Positions 19,504 to 28,718 of a stretch of 64,000 bases of DNA are shown piece after piece. Position 1 is the stretch's first letter. The number at the start of each line of letters is the position of its first letter. Made by a program: the position numbers and the translations under genes. The stretch lies in the NCBI GenBank assembly GCA_025450135.1, contig JANWHZ010000045.1, forward strand, positions 2,634-66,633, given 5' to 3'. Origin of the DNA: Candidatus Saccharimonadales bacterium (lineage in GTDB: Bacteria; Patescibacteriota; Saccharimonadia; Saccharimonadales; UBA4665). The notes beneath the pieces are model-generated. The model ran no database searches, was not told the DNA's origin, and worked only from the letters and a program-made list of their open reading frames with translations.

Positions 19504-19596
19504 CTAACCGCGTCGCTCCGGCAGAATATGAAGATGATGCTGGCTAGATACTAAGAACATAATCTTTAAAGTACAACAATGCTTAAGCGAAGTCAA
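19504..19596 (-). promoter_or_regulatory. Candidate promoter plus 18-codon His-enriched leader ORF
   Basis: TTGACT (19591-19596), 17 nt, TACTTT (19568-19573), 7 nt, then ATG 19560. The ORF reads MFLVSSQHHLHILPERRG with its stop at 19504, followed by the terminator at 19458-19482. Confidence 0.3.
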
Positions 19597-19871
19597 ATGT
19601 AATCATACAGCGAACTGCATGCGCTTGCGTCACAAATGCCAAAGCATCATGCATTACCCGCATGTCCTGGTACTGCGCACAAGTCGTCATGACGCCACCG
19701 CTGTGCCTTACCGCTACTGTACCGACAAAATAACTGTCAAAATTAGCTATCGATTCTTCGGCATTATAGACGGGGAACCGAACAAACCACCGGCTGCTAG
19801 GACAAGAACTGCAGCGATGATATAAATCTTTTTCATGCTTGGGGTATTGTACTGAGATGGATTAGGCAATT

Positions 19872-19955
19872 TGGTGCGCGAGAGAGGACTTGAACCTCCA
19901 CGCCTTGCGGCACTAGCTCCTAAGGCTAGCGTGTCTACCATTCCACCACTCGCGC
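19872..19955 (-). tRNA. tRNA-Leu (anticodon UAG), CCA encoded
   Basis: GCGCGAG acceptor stem pairs with CTCGCGC. Anticodon stem CTAGC/GCTAG with loop CU-UAG-GA, long variable arm TGCCGCAAGGCGTG, T arm GGAGG-TTCAAGT-CCTCT, then A-CCA. 84 nt. Confidence 0.92.
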
Positions 19956-20052
19956 ATCGGTAGTGAAAACTGAGGTGTATTGTACGAAATATTAGTTAAG
20001 ATTGCCAGTCCAATTGATAGGCACCGACGCTATAAACTGCTGCCATTCGGCA

Positions 20053-20769
20053 CTAGCGGGAGCGTGCTAACGCTGTTTTAGCCGCTGCTAGTTCGACAGT
20101 GTCATCCAAAGATTTGAGATTAGACTTACCGTACTTGCGAATCAGCGCACGGCTGATAAGTTCATCGGCAAAATGCGGGTTCTTACTCAATACCGGGCCA
20201 TGCGAATAGGTACCAAATATGTTGTGGTACAAACAGCCCTCTAGTTGATCAGCTCCATTATTACCAGCTCCTTTTATGACTTTGCCCCACGCCAGACTTT
20301 GATCGTCGAGAAAAGTCTTGCCACTGTGGTTCTCATAACCCACTACCGTGCCCCACGGTGTTTGATATGCGGTATTGCCAATCATACGATCATGGCTCGC
20401 TAATGTTTCGATGGGCAAAATTCCCATGCCCTTAATGTCTTGCCCGTCAGCAGTAACGAAACGACGGCCAAGCAGTTGATACATACCACACACCATAAGC
20501 ATCACCGCACCTTCTTCAGCAAGCCGAGCCAGCTTACTGGCCTTACGTGCTAGGTCAGCTTCCACGGCACTCTGGACCGCGTCTTGCGCGCCACCACCAA
20601 GAACAATGTCACTGTCGTTTGGAAGTTCATCGCCAATGCCCACGAGAGATACTTTGACATCAGTGCCGCGCCATTCCAGGCGCTTGGTAAGCACGATGCG
20701 ATTGCCGGTGTCGCCATATATATTCATTTCAACAGGGTACAGATGAGCAACGTGCAGTACCCGACTCAT
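20053..20769 (-). CDS. gatD: Lipid II isoglutaminyl synthase, glutaminase subunit GatD
   Basis: CobQ-type glutamine amidotransferase with a catalytic Cys context (MVCGMYQLLG) and a YSHGP His region. ATGA overlap with the upstream murT. Confidence 0.85.
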   Translation of the reverse strand: MSRVLHVAHLYPVEMNIYGDTGNRIVLTKRLEWRGTDVKVSLVGIGDELPNDSDIVLGGGAQDAVQSAVEADLARKASKLARLAEEGAVMLMVCGMYQLLGRRFVTADGQDIKGMGILPIETLASHDRMIGNTAYQTPWGTVVGYENHSGKTFLDDQSLAWGKVIKGAGNNGADQLEGCLYHNIFGTYSHGPVLSKNPHFADELISRALIRKYGKSNLKSLDDTVELAAAKTALARSR

Positions 20770-22046
20770 AATCCTTCACTCCGAATTGATTTATTTTCAT
20801 GCTTCAAAAGCTTACGAAGCCGTAGCATAGCAGTATAGGTGCAGAAAATGATTGCCGGATTGCGGGTTGGCTGCGTCATATGACGTAGAAATGTGGCGAA
20901 CTCAGGCTCAACCTCAGCTGTCATAAGATCATCGTACTTCAGCCTGTTTGCCATGTCGGCCGCTCGGGTGCCTCCAGTCATGATGGTGGCTTTGAGCTCC
21001 TTAAATATCGAAAAATCAACATCCCAAAGCCACGAGACATCACGGCCATCGGCATAATCGTCGTTAATAGCTACGCCTATCGTTGTATAGTCAGTCGATT
21101 TTACTTGTTGTAATGCATGCCGGAAACCAGCAGGATTTTTGACGAGTTGTAGATGCAGCTCAACGCCATTTGGCAATAGCACCTTTTCACCACGACCAAA
21201 GGCTGGACGAATAGTAGTTAAGGCACCCACCATGGTATCCATGTCAGCCTCTGGCGTGGCTGCAATGATAGCCGCCAAGCCTGCGGCCATATTGATAGCA
21301 TTATGTGTGCCGTCAAGCACTGTCGGAACGGTGTGTTTGTCTTTCTGTACTCGGAGCACGAGCTTTCCAGGTGCCACGCCTAACAACTCGACTTCCGGTT
21401 TCACTGTTTCGTAGAACACCGGACGTTGGGCGTAGAGCTGGTCGTCATCTATAAAGAGCCCCTGCAAAGATCTCTCATGGCCAAACCAAACAATGTGTCG
21501 GCCCTTGGCTTCTCTTGCCAGTGCAGCAATCCGCTTGTCATTCGCATTCAGGACCATCCAACTCTCAGCGCGTTTCACGACTTTACCTATCAATGTTGCA
21601 GTTGTATCAATCTCACCGAACCGGTCCATCTGGTCACGCATCACATTAAGCGCCACCACGCCTACTGGCCGATAACGCTCCGCGAAACGAACCGCATGCG
21701 CCTCGTCCTGTTCGAACACGGCAATATCATAGTGAAGCATGCCGCTGAGCGTGGCGCTTTTTACTATTGCTGCAATAGTCCCACGAACAAAATTGCTGCC
21801 AGTCGGGTTAGTGAGCACTCTGAGCCCTTGGGCACGAAGTAATTCCGATATGATTTTCGTGGTAGTTGTCTTACCGTTCGTACCAGTCACAATGACGACG
21901 CCACGCGGCAATTGATCAAGCATGACATTAAGGTAGTTTGGATAGAATTTTTCAATAAGCAAACCCGGCAGCGCTGTTCCCCTCCGGCCAGCCAAGCTCA
22001 GACCAAATAACACCGTTTTACCGAAGAGTGTGGCAAGAATGCGCAT
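20766..22046 (-). CDS. murT: Lipid II isoglutaminyl synthase, Mur-ligase-like subunit MurT
   Basis: Mur ligase P-loop TGTNGKTTT and a C-terminal DUF1727-type block DVSWLWDVDF. Coupled to gatD. Confidence 0.85.
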   Translation of the reverse strand: MRILATLFGKTVLFGLSLAGRRGTALPGLLIEKFYPNYLNVMLDQLPRGVVIVTGTNGKTTTTKIISELLRAQGLRVLTNPTGSNFVRGTIAAIVKSATLSGMLHYDIAVFEQDEAHAVRFAERYRPVGVVALNVMRDQMDRFGEIDTTATLIGKVVKRAESWMVLNANDKRIAALAREAKGRHIVWFGHERSLQGLFIDDDQLYAQRPVFYETVKPEVELLGVAPGKLVLRVQKDKHTVPTVLDGTHNAINMAAGLAAIIAATPEADMDTMVGALTTIRPAFGRGEKVLLPNGVELHLQLVKNPAGFRHALQQVKSTDYTTIGVAINDDYADGRDVSWLWDVDFSIFKELKATIMTGGTRAADMANRLKYDDLMTAEVEPEFATFLRHMTQPTRNPAIIFCTYTAMLRLRKLLKHENKSIRSEGL

Positions 22047-22064
22047 AGCGTCAGTATAGTTGGT

Positions 22065-24107
22065 TTAGTTTAAATTAGTAACTGCCCGCAATCGTTTTAC
22101 TCGTTTGCTTAACTCAGGGTATCGTGCAATATTCTCATGCTTATCGATGAATTCTTGTGCTGTTTTTCGGGCACGGGTTATGAGAGGCACGTCTGCTAGT
22201 GTGGCGATACGTAAATCTAATTGGCCATGTTGCTGCAAACCGTAAATTGCTCCTGGGCCACGGAGCTCCAAGTCAAGCTCAGCGAGCTTAAAACCATCAT
22301 TCGTTCGCTCTAATGCACGGAGTCGAGCCGACGGCGCCCGGGCATCGTTCATCATGAGATAACAGTACCCTGGATAGCTTCCCCTTCCAATGCGGCCACG
22401 GAGCTGGTGAATTTGCGCCAGCCCGAAGCGGTCGGCGCCCTCGACTAGCATGACACTAGCGTTCGGCACATCGACACCTACTTCAATGACTGTCGTCGAC
22501 ACTAAGATATCTAAACTATGTGCCAGAAACTGCTCCATAACCTGATTCTTTTCAGCAGGCTTCATTTTGCCATGCAAGAGCCCTACAGCATAACCTTTAA
22601 AATCACGGTCTTTCATTTGTTTGTACATTGCTTCGGCCGAGACAATCTCTAGTGAATCTGAGTCCGCAATAAGAGGCGTTACAACAAACATCTGACGGCC
22701 TGCCTCGAGCTCTTGTTTAATCTTCTTGTACACAGTTTGTCGTGAGGTTGGCGCGCAAATTTCAGTGATCACCGGCTGGCGGCCTACAGGCTTACTATCG
22801 AGAATTGAAACATCAAGTTCACCGTAGAGCGTAAGTGCGAGGCTACGCGGAATCGGCGTGGCCGTAAGGTTGAGCACATGTGGCATGTGTCCTGCCTTAG
22901 CCATGAGCAACTTACGCTGCTCGACGCCAAAGCGATGTTGTTCGTCGATAATAATGAGCTCGAGCTCGTGGATATCGACAGCCTCTTGAATCAAAGCCTG
23001 CGTTCCAACTATAAAACGGATGCGGCCATCTTTTATTGCTTCGCGCGCACGATCCTTTTGCACTTTTTTCATGCCACCGACGAGTAAACCCACTTGACTA
23101 GCCAATCCCAACGGCTCCAGCAGCGTGGTCAACGTCTCAGCATGCTGACGAGCTAGTATTTCTGTCGGGGCCATAAATGCTACTTGATGGCCTTGCTGCA
23201 ACACCATGACAGCCGCCATCGCTGCCACCACGGTTTTGCCTGAACCAACATCACCTTCCACGAGTCGATTCATGGGGTGCTCACGCTGCATGTCGAGGTA
23301 AATCTGCCAGATGGCCCTGCGCTGAGCATCCGTCAGTGTAAATGGCAGATGGCCTACAAAGCCCTTTGCTACAGACTCGATAAACGGCACCGCAGGGGCA
23401 TGTTCAGCCATGATCTCATACTTATTGAGTAGGCTAGCCAATACCAATTCGAATACCTCGTCAAAGCCTAAACGCTCACGGGCTCTTTTGAGGTCATGGA
23501 TTGTTTCCGGAAAATGGAGTTTTCGTAATGCGTCGCTATAGCTCAAAAGTTTTTGCTCTTGCACCACCCAGTCTGGCAGCGTCTCGGATAATGTGCTTAT
23601 AAAAGGCAGTACCTGTGCCATCGCTGATCTAACCTGGCGTGACGTAAGCCCTTTCGTCTCGCGATATACCGGCACAATTCGTGCCGTATTAAGCGGCAGG
23701 TCGCTAACCAACTCTAGGCTTGGACTCATAATGGCAAACCGTTGATGAGACAGCTCAAAATTACCAGATACAAAGTATTGCTTGCCGGCCTTAATAGCAG
23801 ATGCCCGATAAGGCTGGTTAAACCACACCAAACGCATACTGCCGGTCGCATCGCTTGCGATGGCTTCCGTGATGTGCATGCCACGTCGCACGTATCTGCC
23901 TGCAGCTCGACTGATAGTCGCCTGGATCGTCACGGGTCCTGGGCGAAGTTTTGCTACTTGAGTGATGATCGAATAATCGTCATATGAACGCGGAAAATAA
24001 CACACCAAGTCTGCAATCGTCTCAATGCCCAGTCGCTTATATAACGTCGCCACCGCGTCGCCGACTCCTTTTAGAGTCCGGATAGTATCGCTCCCCTGCA
24101 TTACCAC
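22065..24107 (-). CDS. recG: ATP-dependent DNA helicase RecG
   Basis: Wedge-domain N-terminus, helicase motifs GDVGSGKT, DEQHRFG and TATPIPR, and a C-terminal QLRGRIGRG. 680 aa. Confidence 0.92.
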   Translation of the reverse strand: MVMQGSDTIRTLKGVGDAVATLYKRLGIETIADLVCYFPRSYDDYSIITQVAKLRPGPVTIQATISRAAGRYVRRGMHITEAIASDATGSMRLVWFNQPYRASAIKAGKQYFVSGNFELSHQRFAIMSPSLELVSDLPLNTARIVPVYRETKGLTSRQVRSAMAQVLPFISTLSETLPDWVVQEQKLLSYSDALRKLHFPETIHDLKRARERLGFDEVFELVLASLLNKYEIMAEHAPAVPFIESVAKGFVGHLPFTLTDAQRRAIWQIYLDMQREHPMNRLVEGDVGSGKTVVAAMAAVMVLQQGHQVAFMAPTEILARQHAETLTTLLEPLGLASQVGLLVGGMKKVQKDRAREAIKDGRIRFIVGTQALIQEAVDIHELELIIIDEQHRFGVEQRKLLMAKAGHMPHVLNLTATPIPRSLALTLYGELDVSILDSKPVGRQPVITEICAPTSRQTVYKKIKQELEAGRQMFVVTPLIADSDSLEIVSAEAMYKQMKDRDFKGYAVGLLHGKMKPAEKNQVMEQFLAHSLDILVSTTVIEVGVDVPNASVMLVEGADRFGLAQIHQLRGRIGRGSYPGYCYLMMNDARAPSARLRALERTNDGFKLAELDLELRGPGAIYGLQQHGQLDLRIATLADVPLITRARKTAQEFIDKHENIARYPELSKRVKRLRAVTNLN

Positions 24108-24134
24108 TAGTATACGGCCGCGAGCAGAGGCGGG

Positions 24135-25382
24135 CTACTTTTGAAAGATAATAGCAAACTGATTTTTCCCACGTTTTAGCAGATTGTCTCCCTTTTGTAC
24201 GACCATCGCCTGCGGATCGCTAACCTTGCTGCCATTGAGCGTGATACCGCCATTCAGAATCAGCCGCATGGCTTCACTATTTGAGTTTGCTAAGCCCGAT
24301 TGGCTAACAAGTTCAGCGATACGAGTACCCTCTTGTGACTGATGGACCGGCAGTTCTGCTTTTAAAATCGCAAGATCGGTTTCACCAAGCGCTCTGAAGT
24401 CGCCACTTCCGAATAGGACTTCAGTTGCCTTCTGCACAGCGTTGGCGCTGTCTACGCCATGCACTAGCTTAGTCACTTCGTAGGCCAGCGTTCTTTGCGC
24501 CAAGCGGCCCGACCGATCGGCCTCAAATTGGCTCATAATGCTGGCAACCGTCGGCTTGTCAAGCATCGTATAGAGCTTGAGGAAGTCGCCCACGCTATCA
24601 TCTTCGACATTCAGCCAGAATTGGTAAAACTGATACACGCTCGTTTTCTTGTCGTCGAGCCAGACAGCGCCTGCCTCTGATTTGCCAAACTTCACACCAG
24701 TATTTTTATTGACAACGAGTGGCGCCGACCACACATTGGCTTCGCCATTATCAATACGTCGTATAAGCTCTACACCGGCAATACAATTACCCCACTGGTC
24801 TGCACCACAAACCTGCAAGCTGACGCCGTGTTCACGATATAGATGCAAGAAATCATACCCCTGGATGAGCGAGTAGCTAAATTCAGCGTAGCTGATGCCT
24901 GCACCTTCTTCACTCAGGCGTGTCTGAACAAATTCACGGCCGAGCATCTGCCGCATCGGCACATGCTTGCCGACAGTCCGCAAGAACTCCAGATAGCCTA
25001 AGTCTTTGAACCAATCATAATTGTCAACCACCGTAAATTGCTCGCCAGCGAACAGGCGCTGATACTGGCTAACTATGGCTTTCTTGTTCCGAGCAATCTC
25101 TTCCATCGGCTTGAGATCACGCTCTGCAGCTTTACCATCAGGATCGCCAATCAGACCAGTTGCACCGCCAACAAGAAGATACGCAGTATGTCCATGTCTC
25201 ATGAAATGTCTAACCATCATGGCAATTGCCAGGTTGCCAACTGTCATTGAATCTGCACTTGGATCAACACCCCAGTAAAATGCAATTGCTGCACCATCAA
25301 GCTCTGTCGGATTCTTAAACGTCGATTGGTTAATAAAGCCGCGCCAGGCTAGTTCTTCAGAAAGTGTCATATTGTCTGCCAT
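24135..25382 (-). CDS. tyrS: Tyrosine--tRNA ligase
   Basis: GVDPSADS..., LVGGATGLIGDP, KFGKS (KMSKS-type) and a C-terminal S4-like domain. The HIGH signature reads TVGN (see findings). Confidence 0.93.
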   Translation of the reverse strand: MADNMTLSEELAWRGFINQSTFKNPTELDGAAIAFYWGVDPSADSMTVGNLAIAMMVRHFMRHGHTAYLLVGGATGLIGDPDGKAAERDLKPMEEIARNKKAIVSQYQRLFAGEQFTVVDNYDWFKDLGYLEFLRTVGKHVPMRQMLGREFVQTRLSEEGAGISYAEFSYSLIQGYDFLHLYREHGVSLQVCGADQWGNCIAGVELIRRIDNGEANVWSAPLVVNKNTGVKFGKSEAGAVWLDDKKTSVYQFYQFWLNVEDDSVGDFLKLYTMLDKPTVASIMSQFEADRSGRLAQRTLAYEVTKLVHGVDSANAVQKATEVLFGSGDFRALGETDLAILKAELPVHQSQEGTRIAELVSQSGLANSNSEAMRLILNGGITLNGSKVSDPQAMVVQKGDNLLKRGKNQFAIIFQK

Positions 25383-25407
25383 GTCTTATCCTTTATCCTC
25401 TTAATAT

Positions 25408-25432
25408 AACAAAAGCCCGCTTGTGAGCGAGC
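25408..25432 (-). terminator. Terminator-like hairpin inside the tyrS 5' leader
   Basis: Minus strand GCUCGCU-caca-AGCGGGC (7 bp, one G-U) followed by UUUUGUU. It ends 25 nt upstream of the tyrS ATG. No minus-strand gene lies upstream for it to terminate. Confidence 0.5.
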
Positions 25433-25619
25433 TATTTATGCGCATAGATATCTTACGAAAAATCGCTCGTCGATAGCAAGAAATACCTGCAATAATACCG
25501 TGCGGTGCATAACGACATATTCATAACTTAACTTTAACATATCTGTTATGAGTCATCCAATGCTGCGCCCGTATTTTTATAGTCCATTGTGAATTATTTA
25601 GCGTTTTCTCAGCGCGCGT

Positions 25620-25628
25620 TGGTATAAT
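25620..25628 (+). promoter_or_regulatory. Extended -10 promoter (TGgTATAAT) of the PBP gene
   Basis: TGGTATAAT ends 44 nt upstream of ATG 25673. No good -35, as is common for extended -10 promoters. Confidence 0.5.
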
Positions 25629-25672
25629 GACTGTAGCAAACTTATTTTCAAGAGGGAATCAACGAGCCTAGC

Positions 25673-28654
25673 ATGAGCGCATCGACAAACGATCCGTCTG
25701 GCCCCCGGCGAGTCAGCAAAAATACTATACGATCCCGTTCCGGTAAGACCATCAAGCTCAATCAAAGCCTAAGCGACCGCCTACGTGCGGGCAAACTGAC
25801 ACGTGCGAAGAAAAAGGCCGCCTATCTTAGTACGTTACCGAAAAATCCGCTTCTTCGCACGCTCTACCGACTGCATCCAAAGCGCGTCGCAGAGTTTTGG
25901 TTCAGCCGCGAAGGTGCGATTATGGCACTCAAAATTGTTGGCGTAGGAATCGTTGCCGTATTTCTCCTCACCATCGGCGTGTTTGCCTACTTTCGCAAAG
26001 ACCTACCGAATATTAAGGACATTTCTGGAGATAGTCTTGGCGGAAGTATCACCTATTACGACGCAACAGGGAAAACAGTTCTCTGGCAAGATTACGATGC
26101 TGTTAAGCGCATCCCTGTGGCGAGCGGCGACATTTCGCCATATATCAAGCAAGCTACTGTCGCAGTTGAGGATAAAAACTTTTACAGCGAAGGCGCGTTC
26201 AATGTCACTGCCATTATTCGCGCCGGTCTGAGTGACGTATTCCATCAAAGTGGCGGTCTTCAAGGGGCCTCTACTATTACTGAGCAGTTGGTAAAGCTAA
26301 ACGAACAATGGACCGACAATCGGACAATCACCCGTAAAGTTAAAGAGCTAATTTTGGCAGTCGAATTAAGCCGCGAATACTCCAAGGATGACATCCTCAC
26401 TGGATATCTGAATATTGCTCCATACGGCGGCGTGGAGTATGGCGTGGAGGCAGCTGCTCGGGACTACTTTGGCACCGATGCCGCGCACCTAACATTGGCG
26501 CAGGCCGCCTTTCTAGCCGCTATTCCGAAAGACCCGTCCGCTTACTCGCCATACTCAAGCCCAACATACAACAAAGCTGTCACGGCTGATTACTTCAACC
26601 AGGACGCGCTAATCGGTCGCCAGCACTATATTCTCGACCAGATGGTCAACCAGGGTATGATTACGCAGAAACAGGCAGACGACGCGAAAGCCGTCGACAT
26701 TATGTCACAAGTTCAACCGCTAACATCGAAGTATAACGGCATTAAGGCTCCTTACTTTGTCCTCGCTGCCAAACAGGAGCTAGAGCAAAAATACGGTGCT
26801 GATACGGTGCAGCGCGGCGGCTGGAAGGTTACCACAACATTGAATCTAGACCTTCAAAACGAAGCAGAGAAGTTAGTCGCCGACAACTACTCGAATGTTC
26901 AACGTCGTACACACGGCGCAGCCGATGAGGAAGCGCTCGTCGCCGAAGATGTACAGTCGGGCCAGATAGTCGCACTCGTTGGTGGGGTTGACTTCACTAA
27001 TCCCAGCTGGGGTCAGAATAACTATGCTGCCGGCATCTTAGTGTCTCCGGGATCCAGCTTTAAACCGTATGACTATTCGGCCTTCATCGACGGTAGCAAA
27101 AATGGTGGTTCAGGCGTCGGAGCAGGGTCTGTAATATATGACGCGTACGGTCCGATTCCAGGCTACCCGTGTACAACAGGTCCGTCTGGTGACTGTCTAC
27201 GCGATTACGACTACCAAAGCCGCCAGCCCCCTGGGCCAATCACGCTTCGGTACGCGTTGGGTGGTTCACGCAACATACCCGCCGTTAAAGCTATGATGTC
27301 GTCAGTACCAAAAACCGGTACTGACCTAAACAGTGTCGTGGGAGATATCAACAACACCATCCACGTTGCATCGGAAATGATGGACAACCCGTATAATCCA
27401 AGCACCTATAACTGCTACGCCAATGACGCGTTGACCGTAACACAGCAATGTTATGGCGCTTCCGCCATTGGTGACGGTGCGTACCTATACTTGGATGATC
27501 ATGTTAACGGGTTATCAACGCTGGCCCGACTCGGCGTCGCTATACCCCGCACGTTCATTCTGAAGATCACAGATTCAAGCGGCAAAAACATCTATACGTG
27601 GACCCAGCCACAAGGCAAACAAGTCATCGACAAAGATACTGCTTACATTGTGGACGACATCGCATCTGACCCCCGAGCAAGTTATCTCATTGGCTCGTGT
27701 AATAACACCAACTGTTCGTCAGGAGTCGGCGTGAAGTTTCACCGATATAATGGCTGGCATTTCGCTATCAAAACTGGAACGACTAATAATGGCTTTGACG
27801 GACTCATGACGAGTTGGTCTACCAAGTATGCTGTTGTTACCTGGGTCGGTAATCATAACCGCACGGTCAATCTTAACACATTCATGGAGCAGCTGACGGG
27901 CCCCTTGGCAAGCGGTTTTATGGAGTATGCGCACCGTAACCTTCCCGCAGTCAACTGGCAACAGCCATCCGATATCAAGGTGCTGCCTGCATTTGTAGTC
28001 AACAATAAGATTTCTGGTAACGGCGAGCTAGTACCCAGCCCAAGCACTGATCTCTTCCCACACTGGTACCAAGCCGGCTCTAACAGTAACGTTTCACAAA
28101 CCATCGACAAGGTGTCAGGCAAAACGGCAACTAGCTGTACGCCTGATGCTGCCAAACAGACGTCAAGTAATAGCAACGCTACTGGCTTCTCCGTAGACAA
28201 GTTTGTAACGGGTAACCTGGGATCAAATCCTGTAAGCGGAACTGATGATGTGCACCAATGTAGCGATTCGCCGCCGCAAATATATCTAACTATTGATACT
28301 GGCAGCAACACAGCATGTGACGACTCAGATAACGCAGGCCAAGGATGTCAAATCACGTTTACAGTAACTCAGGGCACACATCCACTCTACGACCCCGCAT
28401 ATGCACAGTTCCCTGGGACAGTTACCATTTCAATAAATGGCAGCGTCGTACAGACCTTTACTGCTGACAGCTCAACCTCTAATCCGTGGTCAGACTCGTT
28501 CTATTACAAACCATCAACAGATGCCTCGGGAGCCACTGTAACAGCCACGGTAACCGATAGCGTTCTATATTCCGGCACGATGAGCAAGACGGTTGATATG
28601 GTAGTGAGTACAGCGGGTGGTAACGGCAATGGCGGCGGGGGCCACGGCCACTAG
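25673..28654 (+). CDS. Class A penicillin-binding protein (bifunctional glycosyltransferase/transpeptidase) with long C-terminal extension
   Basis: Basic cytoplasmic tail, then a TM segment. GT51 motifs (EDKNFY, GASTITEQL), transpeptidase SxxK (SSFKP) and KTGTT. About 230 aa of Ser/Thr-rich C-terminal region ending GGNGNGGGGHGH. Confidence 0.9.
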   Translation: MSASTNDPSGPRRVSKNTIRSRSGKTIKLNQSLSDRLRAGKLTRAKKKAAYLSTLPKNPLLRTLYRLHPKRVAEFWFSREGAIMALKIVGVGIVAVFLLTIGVFAYFRKDLPNIKDISGDSLGGSITYYDATGKTVLWQDYDAVKRIPVASGDISPYIKQATVAVEDKNFYSEGAFNVTAIIRAGLSDVFHQSGGLQGASTITEQLVKLNEQWTDNRTITRKVKELILAVELSREYSKDDILTGYLNIAPYGGVEYGVEAAARDYFGTDAAHLTLAQAAFLAAIPKDPSAYSPYSSPTYNKAVTADYFNQDALIGRQHYILDQMVNQGMITQKQADDAKAVDIMSQVQPLTSKYNGIKAPYFVLAAKQELEQKYGADTVQRGGWKVTTTLNLDLQNEAEKLVADNYSNVQRRTHGAADEEALVAEDVQSGQIVALVGGVDFTNPSWGQNNYAAGILVSPGSSFKPYDYSAFIDGSKNGGSGVGAGSVIYDAYGPIPGYPCTTGPSGDCLRDYDYQSRQPPGPITLRYALGGSRNIPAVKAMMSSVPKTGTDLNSVVGDINNTIHVASEMMDNPYNPSTYNCYANDALTVTQQCYGASAIGDGAYLYLDDHVNGLSTLARLGVAIPRTFILKITDSSGKNIYTWTQPQGKQVIDKDTAYIVDDIASDPRASYLIGSCNNTNCSSGVGVKFHRYNGWHFAIKTGTTNNGFDGLMTSWSTKYAVVTWVGNHNRTVNLNTFMEQLTGPLASGFMEYAHRNLPAVNWQQPSDIKVLPAFVVNNKISGNGELVPSPSTDLFPHWYQAGSNSNVSQTIDKVSGKTATSCTPDAAKQTSSNSNATGFSVDKFVTGNLGSNPVSGTDDVHQCSDSPPQIYLTIDTGSNTACDDSDNAGQGCQITFTVTQGTHPLYDPAYAQFPGTVTISINGSVVQTFTADSSTSNPWSDSFYYKPSTDASGATVTATVTDSVLYSGTMSKTVDMVVSTAGGNGNGGGGHGH

Positions 28655-28680
28655 GTATACGCACCTAGTAAAAGTAAAAA

Positions 28681-28709
28681 ATACCCTCAGCTTTACCGAG
28701 GGTATTTTT
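28681..28709. terminator. Bidirectional intrinsic terminator between the PBP gene and radA
   Basis: ATACCCTC-agctttacc-GAGGGTAT is flanked by AAAAA on the left and TTTT on the right. It sits between convergent stops at 28654 and 28719. Confidence 0.75.
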
Positions 28710-28718
28710 GTTGGTATA

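Noticed and set aside
19619-19941. ORFs 19619-19825 (+) and 19747-19941 (-), including a 29-codon signal-peptide-like ORF (MKKIYIIAAVLVLAAGG..., 19747-19836)
   Set aside because: The minus ORF is mostly the tRNA-Leu gene read as protein. The 29-codon remainder has no SD and stops abruptly, possibly a remnant of a decayed secreted-protein gene. The plus ORF has no support.
25383-25672. T-box riboswitch upstream of tyrS (and likewise upstream of the hisS operon, 19423-19871)
   Set aside because: Neither leader contains the conserved T-box sequence (AAnnnGGGUGGUACCGCG) or a convincing Stem I / specifier arrangement. Only a terminator-like hairpin is present. Needs Infernal to be certain.
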